Assembly (NCBI GenBank): GCA_051294375.1
Contig: CM119268.1
Span: forward strand, 795,218 to 859,217
DNA: 64,000 nt
DNA from: Paraspadella gotoi
Taxonomy: Eukaryota > Animalia > Chaetognatha
Direction: 5' to 3'
The translations under genes were made by a program, and so were the position numbers. A model generated the notes under the pieces. The model was not told where the DNA came from and made no database searches. It saw nothing but the letters and a program-made list of their open reading frames with translations. Positions 1 through 11,400 of the stretch are shown piece after piece; positions within the stretch are counted from its first letter, which is position 1; each line of letters opens with the position of its first letter.

Positions 1-685
1 AAATAAAAAGAGTTTGAAAAAAGAGAAAGAAAAGAGAGGTAAGAAAATTTCAAGAATTGACCCTGATTCACTCGGTGAGTGGTTCTTATTTCCTTTTCAT
101 TTGAACTCATGAATCGTTTCAGTTGAGTGAAAGAAAAGTTCAAGAAATGTGATATTCTGTCTCTCTCTCTAAACCCTTCCTCTCTCCTCTTTCTCCGTCG
201 TGCTCACCAATGTAGAAGACGAAGAAGGTAATAATAAATATGAAGAGAGAGTGAAGAATTGTGACGATGTAAGAGAAGTAGAAAAGAAGTGAGACGAGCT
301 CTCTCCTGATCCACTTTTATCATCGACTGGACCAACTTGACCTAACGATCTCCTCGGCCCTATTACTGTGTCCGGTCAATCTAAGGTCATTGCCAAAGCT
401 AGGGCAAAGTGACCGTGTGGAATAGACCGGCTCGGAGAAAGAGGAGAGAGGAAGGGTTTAGAGAGAGAGAGAGACCGGTGGTAAGTCGCCTCAGTTCGTT
501 GATTTAAAGTTTTTTCGTCAAAAGATCGATACAGTGCGCGACTTAAAAGGTACACGTTGATACCAACGCAATCGTCCCCCAACTCATGATCCTTAAAGAC
601 TGAAAACGCTTGTGTGAACCCCAATGTGAAAGGTTAATGGTAAATGGTTAATGGTTAATGGTTAAACCATCCCTTCTCGTTCCCT

Positions 686-3600
686 AACCTCCTTATCCTC
701 GTCCACCCTCTTCTCAATGTGTCTGACTTCGGCCAACCGAAACTCGACGCAGACGTTGTGCCAATTCTCGAGGGCTTTGTTGACGGCGTCGACGGCGGCT
801 AGCCCCGCCTCCCGAACCTCCTCCTTCGATGCGGGGACGACCGTTCTGCAGCCGCAGAAATCTTCTTCGATGAATGCCGAGGAGCAGTTGCGGTTGGTTG
901 GGATCTGGAAGAGGGGTTAGAAAGAGGGTCAGGGGTGGAGAATGGGTTGAGAGACGAAAGGGAATGGGGGTTCATTTTTATGCTACAGCCTGCATATAAA
1001 AAAAAAAAAGCAATTCAGGGATGTTATACCGTNNNNNNNNNNNNNNNNNNNNNNNNNNNNNNNNNNNNNNNNNNNNNNNNNNNNNNNNNNNNNNNNNNNN
1101 NNNNNNNNNNNNNNNNNNNNNNNNNNNNNNNNNNNNNNNNNNNNNNNNNNNNNNNNNNNNNNNNNNNNNNNNNNNNNNNNNNNNNNNNNNNNNNNNNNNN
1201 NNNNNNNNNNNNNNNNNAAACTCAAACTCAAGAAAAGTATTGATGCGATAATCCTTTCTTTTCGTTGTTTTTATATTAGAGAAAGCATGGTGATAATTTT
1301 ACAAGCGCCGGTAAAAAAACCCTGTCATTTGCAAACCAGTGCAAAATGACCCGTGCGTAGGCAATGGGCAAACGATGCCTCTCCCTCTAATGCAGCAACT
1401 CAGCCCCTAACTCTGCGGACTGAGCGTCGCCCAAAACGACGACTTCAGGAGGAGGGAGAGGAGTCCGTCACTCCTGTCACAAAAGTGGCAAGAACGGACA
1501 ACCGCCCACCTCGTCAACAGGCGAGAAGAGGGCAGGCGGCAGGCGTATCAGGCCAAAGAGACATAAGAGTGGCCCTGGGGATCTCTTCTCAAGGATCGCT
1601 TCCCAATGCGGCATTCACCAGTTCGATCGCACTCTCCTCTCGGCCAGTGACTCGCCAATGACNNNNNNNNNNNNNNNNNNNNNNNNNNNNNNNNNNNNNN
1701 NNNNNNNNNNNNNNNNNNNNNNNNNNNNNNNNNNNNNNNNNNNNNNNNNNNNNNNNNNNNNNCGGCTTCGACCCTTTCAACAGTTTCTCTCTCGCCACCT
1801 TCGCCGCCTCCGTTCACACACCTGACGCAGGATTTTCTGTCCGCGGGATACCTATTGAAAAAAAAAAGCGGAAAAATGGGCTCGGTCTCTTTATCCGATT
1901 TGAGATGAGAAAATTTTAGTTGAAAATCTTTGAGGTAGGTTTAATAAAATGGTGTTAAAATGAAAAGCGAATGAAATGAATTGCGGGGGGAATTGGAAAG
2001 AATCATAAGAGGGGAGAAAGAGTGAAATTATTATAGAGAGAAGGTGTAAAAAAGTTGAGCAAACAAAGTCGGATCTGCAGGCAGCAATTTAGCAGTCAGC
2101 AGCGAATAGATGATAAGTTATCACTAATCTTGAATTTTTTTAAATTTAATACAATTTACTGTCAATATTTATAATTCATAGTTTTTTTTTATGTGGTAGT
2201 TATTTAATTCTGGAAGGATTTCAGGTTTTGGTCGTTATGGTTTTTATGGTGTTATGGTAGTGAGTTGTAGTGCTGGTAGTGGTTATGTAGTTGTAGTGGT
2301 TGTAGTAGTTATGGTGGTTGTAGTAGTTGTAGTGGTAATTGTGGGTGAAGTGATTGCTATAATTGTAGTGAATGTTGTTGCAACATGAATTTACATTTCG
2401 TATAAAAAAAAAAGAAAAATGTAATAGTTGAGTGTAAATTTTGTTTTTCCACTTAAACTCAATTCCACTGGGACAATTCCATCGAAACTTGATTTACAAG
2501 CTTCCACCACCACACACAAAATTTCAGGACAAAATCGCGCTATCCACACATGATAAATTGACGTTCAAAGCTAAGGTGGGACAGACTGAGAAACGGATGG
2601 ACGGACGGATGGACATCGATTTTTTTGTCATAATTTATCCTAATTCGATTATTTGACATAATCTAAGTGTCTTACCGACAAGATTTTTGGGGTAGGACCA
2701 ACAAATGTGATTAAATCAAAAGGTCATAGAAATAATTAAAAATGACGCGAACGACCGACCAATTTGACCTTCTCTATCAGCCATGGAACGGGTCCTGGGC
2801 TTGGAACCAAGCTTGAGGGTTTCCCACGCCACCAATTGGGTTACGTCCGTCACTCTACCTGCTCCGCAGGTGAGGTACCACTTGGGGTTGATCCAAGCGA
2901 CTAAAGGTTAAGGGACTTTGTTGTTACCCAATGAGCCACCAGGTCACGAATAAAGGCGAATAAATGCAAGTGGCCGACGAACGATTTATATCTTCAAATA
3001 AAAAAATAATTGGAGGCAATTACTTTAGCCAGACCATGAGACCGTGAAATTCGTCGAGTTGGCCGGCGTTCCACTGTTCCCTTCGGGCGTCTTGCAGGTC
3101 ACCAACACGAGAGTCGAGTTGATATAAACTTTTTTATTGAATGGAAACGGTTCCACTTTGTGTCGCGTTGGCCTGAGTGGATCATACAAGAAATCAAGGC
3201 ACATCAGCTTTTAATCTGATTATTGAAATAAAAAGGAATGAGGGACGGATGTCAGTCAAACAAAGACAATTAAATCAATCAATAAATCAATCAATCAATC
3301 AATCCTCACTCCTCAACCATCAACAAAGCAAATCAATTTAATCTTTTTTGACGAAAGAGGTGAGCCTCATATGAAGGCAATTATAGTTAGAGCTGGATTG
3401 CTTGAGATGCCCATTGGGGATGGGGCATCTCACCGTTGGCTTCAAGGGTTTCCTACCCTCAGTGACACTGCCTGCCACTGATTCGGTTACCCTAGAATAG
3501 TCTCGTGGTTAGAATGCAAGGTTGGGATGGTGCATTCCCCCTCAGAGCCATTGAGATTGACTGAAATAAAGGTTAGGGTGGACAAACAGGCCAAATCGAT

Positions 3601-4397
3601 CAAATCAAACCGTTCCCTCCAATCAATCAATGGTAACCCCCCATGTCTCTCTTTTCTTTCTTTCTCTTTTTCTCTCTCTCTCTCTCTCTCTCGGCTCACC
3701 GAATACTCTGGCAGCACCCTCGCGTAGGCGCATTCACTGATGTTTCCTCTTGGCTGCCGCATGCTCGTCCGCCCAGATGCTGCTATCGTCGTTGTAGACA
3801 ACGCGATCTTCGACTCGGTCGCAGCGAAGAGGCGGCCTCGGTCTCGGAGCCGGAGCACTCCGGGTCGAAGGGGTCTTCATCGATGATGGAGCAGCCAGGC
3901 GTCGAGATGAGGAACTTCTTGGGGTGGGATTTCGAAGGTTCTTGAGGAGTGGTTGGAGAGAGGTTTTGAGGATTACATCAGATCAACAGCACGAAAGTAA
4001 TAAAGTACATTAGGATATAGAAACATATGTATAATGTACAATAAAACCATTTTTTGAGTGAGAAGACATCCCAGCGCCCAGCGATTGACTGGTTAGCTTA
4101 CCCTCTTACTCCGTGGTTGGGAAAAAAAAACAACTCCGAGGTGATTTTATCCGATGTTTTTTTTTGTTTTTCCTTATTAACTTTGCCCTTTCAACTTTCT
4201 GTCAACATTGATCCAATTCGAACTACGCTTACTTTTAGTTGTTGTTGTTGATTTCGTCGTCGTTGTTATTATTTCCGTGAATGATTTCCGCGAAAGAGAG
4301 ATGTCATGAATGCGGCGAAGAAGATGACGAAAAGTTTCAAGGGACGAAATCGCCAAATCAAATACGGATATTTTTTCAAATTATAAAGAGTCGCCAT
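686..4397 (-). CDS. Inverted paralogous copy of the DUF229 gene (partial; middle exons fall in an N gap, last exon outside the window)
   Basis: ATG at 4397 mirrors 8464. Exons at ~3695-3955, ~1763-1850 (AREKLLKGSKP) and ~698-907 (IPTNRNCSSAFIEEDFCGC) mirror the + copy. Confidence 0.75.
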
Positions 4398-4522
4398 TTT
4401 TGATAAGGTCACTTTTTAGAATGGAGTTTTTCGATTGGATTATTGTTATTGGATTTGATCGAATTAAATTTAATTAGTATATTTATTATATTATTATTAT
4501 TATTTTATTATTATTATTATTA

Positions 4523-4569
<47 letters not shown>

Positions 4570-4574
<5 letters not shown>

Positions 4575-5470
4575 GTCGGATCTGCTTATCAGCAGATCCC
4601 GACTCTATAACTCACTTTGTCGGTCCGTCGGTCCGCCCCCCTCAATATTGTCGGGCACACACTTATATCATGTCAGAACATCGAATTATGATAAATTATG
4701 CAAAAAAACGATGTCCGTCTCGTCCGTCCGTCCGTCGTCCGTCGTCGCGTCGTCCGTCCTCCGTCCGTCCGTCCGTCCGTCCGTCCGTCCGTCCGTCGTC
4801 TCGTCCGTCCGGTCTCGTTACGCGTCCGTGTCCGTCGTCGTCGTCCTCCGTCCTCGCCGGCCGACCATTAGCAAAAAACTCCAATTACTCGTGATTGTAT
4901 GGATGGATTGGTATGAAATTTTGTGTGTGGGTAGGAAACTGTGTGATTGAGATGGATATGAAGTTTCGAGGGAATCGTGCGAGTGGAAATTGGTTTAAAG
5001 GAAAAACAAAAAAATATATTTCACTATTTGAACGCCAATTGCTTATAAGTGGATAGGGCAATTGACTTGAAATTTTGTATGATGGTAGGGGAAGTGTGTG
5101 ATTGAGCTGGATATAAAAGTTTCGATGGAATCGTGCGAGTGGAAATTAGTTAAAATGGAAAAAACAAAAGTCATATTTACTTGAAGTATTTTTACTTAAA
5201 TTACTAAAATTACTTAAATCGTTGTTAAATTCAAATTCTTTGCTCTCTCTAATACCTATGACAACGAAAAAGAAAGGATTAATGCATTAAATTTACTCAT
5301 AATATTATGTTTATTAAAAAATGGATAGATAAATCGAAATGGAATTTTGTGTGTGGGTAGGAAAGTATGTGATAAAGCTGGATATAAATTTTTTAAATGG
5401 AATCGTAGGAGTGGAAAAGAGTTCAAATTAGAAAACAAAAAGACACATTTATTTGAATTTTTTAAAGTTT
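4570..5470 (+). mobile_element. Helentron/DINE-1-like non-autonomous element (GTCC microsatellite, internal repeats)
   Basis: Terminal hairpin AGTCGGATCTGCT..AGCAGATCCCGACT, then a (GTCC)n array and repeated ~150-bp AAATTTTGTGTGTGGGTAGGAA... units. Family assignment is inferred from this architecture. Confidence 0.5.
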
Positions 5471-5513
5471 CTCTCTCTCTATCTTTGATTGGATTGATTG
5501 ATTGATTGAATTG

Positions 5514-5529
<16 letters not shown>

Positions 5530-5545
<16 letters not shown>

Positions 5546-5720
5546 CCAAATTATGCCAATTGACACAAATATGCCAGTTGACCAAATTCTTAAAGTTGAC
5601 CAAATTATGCCAGTTGACCAAATTCTGCAAGTTGATCAAGTTCTGCAAGTTGACCAAATTATGCCTGTTGACCAAATTATGCCTGTTGACACAAATCATG
5701 CCAGTTGATCAAATATGATA
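5530..5720. repeat. 18-bp minisatellite (TTGACCAAATTATGCCAG)
   Basis: About 9-10 direct copies visible. Confidence 0.85.
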
Positions 5721-6509
5721 ATTAATTAAATAATTAAATTAATTAATAATTAATTAATTAAATAGATAATTAATTAATTAATTAATAGATTAATTAATTA
5801 ATTAATAGATTAATTATAATTATTAATTCAGCTTGTCATCATCGATGTCCTTAAAATTGAGTCAGGACAGTTATTAATGTTTTGTTTACATTTTATCAAA
5901 ACAAACAAATATCCTCTTTTTTTTTACAAAAATTTTTTTACATATAATGTGGGTTCATTAATGTAAAAAACGATGCCGCGAACCGTGCGCGAACCCGGGT
6001 CCTTTGGGTAGAAGAATAGCTCACGCTACGTGCGGCGCCATAAGTACTGCTGATTCTTTAACGAGTAAAGGGGCTGTAGAGCTTCTCTCTCTCTCTCTCT
6101 TTAATTATTATATATCGCTCTTTCTCTTTCTCTTTTTCTCTGCAGCGGCTGTCTCTCTCTCTCTCTCTTTTTCTCTCTCTCTCTCTCTGTCTCTCTGTCT
6201 CTCTGTGTGTGTCTGTCCCTATCTGTCCGATCTCTTGCGTGATCGTTTGTTTTTTTTGAAAAATTCTGATTATTTTTTCTTCTAAAACTTTATTATTGCC
6301 ATTTATTCCGCGCTTTTTTTTCAATACAAAATCCCATATTTTCATCCGAGATTTTCGTGATTTATTCTATTCTTTTTCTCTCTCTCTTCTTCTCTCTCTT
6401 CTCCTCTCTCTTTCTCTCTCTCTCTTTCTTTCTCTCTCTCTCTCTTTCTCTCTCTCTCTCCTCTCCTCTCTCTCTCTCTCTTAACTCATACACGCATTTG
6501 TTTGTTTTA

Positions 6510-6760
6510 TTGACTATCATCGCATCAATGAATGACAAATCATCGCATCAATGAATGACAATCATCGCATCACTGAATGACAATCATCGCATCACTGAAT
6601 GACTATCATCACAGCAGTGAATGACTATCATCCGCATCAATAATTGATTATCATCGAATCAATAATCAATTCCTATTACATCAATAAATTACTATTACAT
6701 CAATCAATTAGTATTACCTCAATCAATTACTAGTACATCAACAATTCGTTATCGCATGAT
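6510..6760. repeat. Degenerate ~19-22-bp minisatellite (TGACTATCATCGCATCAATGAA)
   Basis: Direct tandem copies that decay rightwards. Confidence 0.75.
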
Positions 6761-6999
6761 TCATTCGTTTTTTTCCCGGTTTTTTTCATTAATTTTCTAT
6801 GATAGTGGGCTCTGGCTCGATCTTGAGTCTTTTAAGATTTTTTATTTTATGTCTCCCTTCTCTCTCCTCTCTCTCTCACTCTCTCTCTTTCTCTCTCACT
6901 CCTCTCTTTCTCTCTCTCTCTCTCTCTTTTTAATGCAATAGCGATGATCCTTATGCTTTTAAGATTTTTTTAACTTGCATCATTTTTTCAACTTGCATC

Positions 7000-8276
7000 A
7001 TTTTTTCAACTTGCATTCCGTCAATACTTTATATCTAGCTTCTTCACTCACTTTCCTACTGGCTCACAAAATTTCATCTCAATCTATCATGGGTTAAAAT
7101 AAATAAAAAGATTCAAGTAAATGTGACTCATATTTTTTTTCATTTAAACTCATTTCCACTGGTACGTTTCCACTGAAACTTTATATCAAGCTTCGTCATA
7201 CGTTTTCCTACCCACACACAAAATTTCAACTCAATCTATCCATCCAATTATGATTAATTGGAGTAATTTATTGTGTTTAAAAAAGTAAAAAGTATTTTAC
7301 GTAAATTCGACTTATGTTTTTTCCATTTATAACTAATTTCCACTCACACGATTCCATCGAAAATTTTATATCCAGCTTTATCACACACTTTCCTACCCAC
7401 ACACAAAATTTAATTCAATCCAACCAGCCATCACGAGTTATTGGAGCTTTTTTGCTAAGATGGGACGGATGGACGAATTGATTGACTAATTAATTAATTA
7501 TTGATTAATTTATTACTAATTGATTAATTAACTGATTAATTATTTTGATTTATTAATACATCCTGCAGATACATTTAATATAAAAGGAAAAAGAAGCATA
7601 ATAATTAGTAAAAACAGGTTTTTTGTTTTTTTCCATTTAAACTCATTTCCACTCCAAACTATTCCATCAAAACTTGATTTCCTGTTCAATACACACGTTC
7701 CTACCCACATACAAAATTCCAGGTCAATTCAGCCCATCCATCATGAGCAATTGGTGTTGCAAATAGTGAATATATTTTTTTTGTTTTTTTCCATTTAAAC
7801 TCATTTCCACTCGGACGATTCCATCGAGACTTCATATCCGCTCAATCACACACTTACCTATCCACACACAAAATTTCATTTAAATCCATCCATCAATCAC
7901 GAGTAATTGGTGTTTTTTGCTAAGGTGGGACGGACGGACGGACGGACGGACGGACGGACGGACGGACAGGACGGACGGACGGACGGACGACACGGACGGA
8001 CGGACACGTTTTGAATACGAAATCCGATGATCTGACAGACGAAAGGTGGCCGAAAGGTACTTGAGGGAGGCGGACGACGGACGGACGGACGACGGACGGA
8101 CGGACGACGGACGAGACCGGACATCGTTTTTTGCATAATTTATCATAATTCGATGTTCTGACATGATATAAGTGGTGTGCCCGAACAATAATTGAGGGGG
8201 CGACCGACGACCGACCAAAAGTTTGGAAAAAAAGGTTTTTTTATAGAGTCGGGATCTGCTGAAAGCTAGATCCGAC

Positions 8277-8280
<4 letters not shown>
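7000..8280 (-). mobile_element. Second, inverted Helentron/DINE-like element
   Basis: (GGAC)n array, the same terminal hairpin at ~8247-8278 and several tandem internal units. Fragments also at 2440-2620 and 10230-10410. Confidence 0.5.
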
Positions 8281-8319
<39 letters not shown>

Positions 8320-8463
8320 TAATAATAAATATAATAAATAATAATAATAATAATTAATAATAATAATAAAAATATACATAATACTAATTAAATTTAATTC
8401 GATCAAATCCAATAACAATAATCCAATCGAAAAACTCCATTCTAAAAAGTGACCTTATCAAAA

Positions 8464-11400
8464 ATGGCGACTCTTTATAATTTGAAAAAATATCCGTATT
8501 TGATTTGGCGATTTCGTCCTTTGAAACTTTTCGTCATCTTCTTCGCCGCATTCATGATCATCTTCATTTCGCGGAAATTCATTACGGAAATAATAACAAC
8601 GACGACGAAATCAACAACAACAACTAAAAGTAAGCGTAGTTCGAATTGGATCAATGTTGACAGAAAGTTGAAAGGGCAAAGTTAATAAGGAAAAACAAAA
8701 AAACATCGGATAAAATCACCTCGGAGTTGTTTTTTTTTCCCAACCACGGAGTAAGAGGGTAAGCTAACCAGTCAATCGCTGGGCGCTGGGATGTCTTCTC
8801 ACTCAAAATATGGTTTTATTGTACATTATACATATGTTTCTATATCCTAATGTACTTATTACTTTCGTGCTGTTGATCTGATGTAATCCTCAAAACTCTC
8901 TCTCCAACCACTCCTCAAGAACCTTCGAAATCCCACCCCAAGAAGTTCCTCATCTCGACGCCTGGCTGCTCCATCATCGATGAAGACCCCTTCGACCCGG
9001 AGGTGCTCCGGCTCCGAGACCCGAGGCCGCCTCTTCGCTGCGACCGAGTCGAAGATCGCGTTGTCTACAACGACGATAGCAGCATCTGGGCGGACGAGCA
9101 TGCGGCAGCCAAGAGGAACATCAGTGAATGCGCCTACGCGAGGGTGCTGCCAGAGTATTCGGTGAGCCGAGAGAGAGAGAGAGAGAGAAAAAGAGAAAGA
9201 AAGAAAAGAGAGACATGGGGGGTTACCATTGATTGATTGGGGGAACGGTTTGATTTGATCGATTTGGCCTGTTTGTCCACCTAACCTTTATTTCAGTCAA
9301 TCTCAATGGCTCTGAGGGGGGAATGCACCATCCCAACCTTGCATTCTAACCACGAGACTATTCTAGGGTAACCGAATCAGTGGCAGGCAGTGTCACTGAG
9401 GGTAGGAAACCCTTGAAGCCAACGGTGAGATGCCCCATCCCCAATGGGCATCTCAAGCAATCCAGCTCTAACTATAATTGCCTTCATATGAGGCTCACCT
9501 CTTCCGTCAAAAGATTAAATTGATTTGCTTTGTTGATGGTTGAGGAGTGAGGATTGATTGATTGATTGATTTATTGATTGATTAATTGTCTTTGTTTGAC
9601 TGACATCCGTCCCTCATTCCTTTTTATTTCAATAATCAGATTAAAAGCTGATGTGCCTTGATTTCTTGTATGATCCACTCAGGCCAACGCGACAAAAGTG
9701 GAACCGTTTCCATTCAATAAAAAAGTTTATATCAACTCGACTCTCGTGTTGGTGACCTGCAAGACGCCCGAGGGAACATGGTGGACGCCGGCCAACTCGA
9801 CGAATTTCACGGTCATGGTCTGGCTAAAGTAATTGCCTCCAAATTATTTTTTTATTTGAAGATATAAATCTGTCGTCGGCCATTGCATTTATTCGCCTTT
9901 ATTCGTGACCTGGTGGCTCATTGGGTAACAACAAAGTCCCTTAACCTTTAGTCGCTTGGATCAACCCCAAGTGGTACCTCACCTGCGGGAAGCGTGAGTA
10001 CGGACGTAAACCCAATTGGTGGCGTGGGAAACCCTCAAGCTTGGTTCCAAGCCCAGGACCCGTTCCATGGCTGATAGAGAAGGTCAAATTGGTCGGTCGG
10101 TCGCGTCATTTTAATTATTTTCTATGACCTTTTGATTTAATCACATTTGTTGGTCCTACCCCAAAAATCTTGTCGGTAAGACACTTAGATTATGTCAAAT
10201 AATCGAATTAGGATAAATTATGACAAAAAAATCGATGTCCATCCGTCCGTCCATCCGTTTCTCAGTCTGTCCCACCTTAGCTTTGAACGTCAATTATTCA
10301 TGTGTGGATAGCGCGATTGTCCTGAAATTTTGTGTGTGGGTTGAGAAGCTTGTAAATCAAGTTTCGATGGAATTGTCACAGTGGAATTGAGTTTAAGTGG
10401 AAAAAACAAAATTTACACTCAACTATTACATTTTTCTTTTTTTTTTATACGAAATGTAAATTCATGTTGCAACAACATCTACTACAATTATAGCAATCAC
10501 TTCACCCACAATTACCACTACAACTACTACAACCACCATAACTACTACAACCACTACAACTACCATAACCACTACAAGCACTACAACTACCATAACCACC
10601 ATAAAAACCATAACGACCAAAACCTGAAATCCTTCCAGAATTAAAATAACTACCACATAAAAAAAACTATGAATTATAAATATTGACAGTAAATTGTATT
10701 AAATTAAAAAAATTCAAGATTAGTGATAACTTATCATCTGATTCGCTGCTGACTGCTAAATTGCTGCCTGCAGATCCGACTTTGTTTGCTCAAACTTGTT
10801 TTTACACTTTCTCTCTATAATAATTTCACTCTTTCTCCCCTCTTATGATTTTCTTTTCATTCCCCCCCCCCAATTCATTTCATTCGCTTTTCATTTTAAC
10901 CACATTTTTTAAACCTACCTCAAAGATTTTCAACTAAAATTTTCTCATCTCAAATCGGATAAAGAGACGAGCCCATTTTCCCTGCTTTTCTTTCAAGGTA
11001 TCGCGACGAAAATCTGGTCAGGGTGAAGGAGGCGGCGAAGTTGGCGAGAGAGAAACTGTTGAAAGGGTCGAAGCCGGCGTCACCGCCTTTCAACTTCATC
11101 ATCATCGTCAACGACGCCGTCTCTCGACTCAACTCCATTCGCAGTCTTCCCTTGACGAGGAAGTTCTTGAAGGAAGCCGGAGCGATCGAGATGTTGGGCT
11201 ACACCAAAGTGGCCTGCTGTTCGCTGGGCAACACTTCCCCCATGTTGGCCGGACGTTTCACCGACGGAACTTTTAACATCACGGTCCGCGTTGGGCTCAA
11301 CCTTTTCAATGGCCCAATATCATAATAGTGTATATTTATTTATAATTAAAGTTTTATTCATTTATTTATAATTAAAGTTTACCCCACCTATAAGCAGGAC

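Noticed and set aside
935-1817. ORFs containing runs of X
   Set aside because: They span assembly N gaps.
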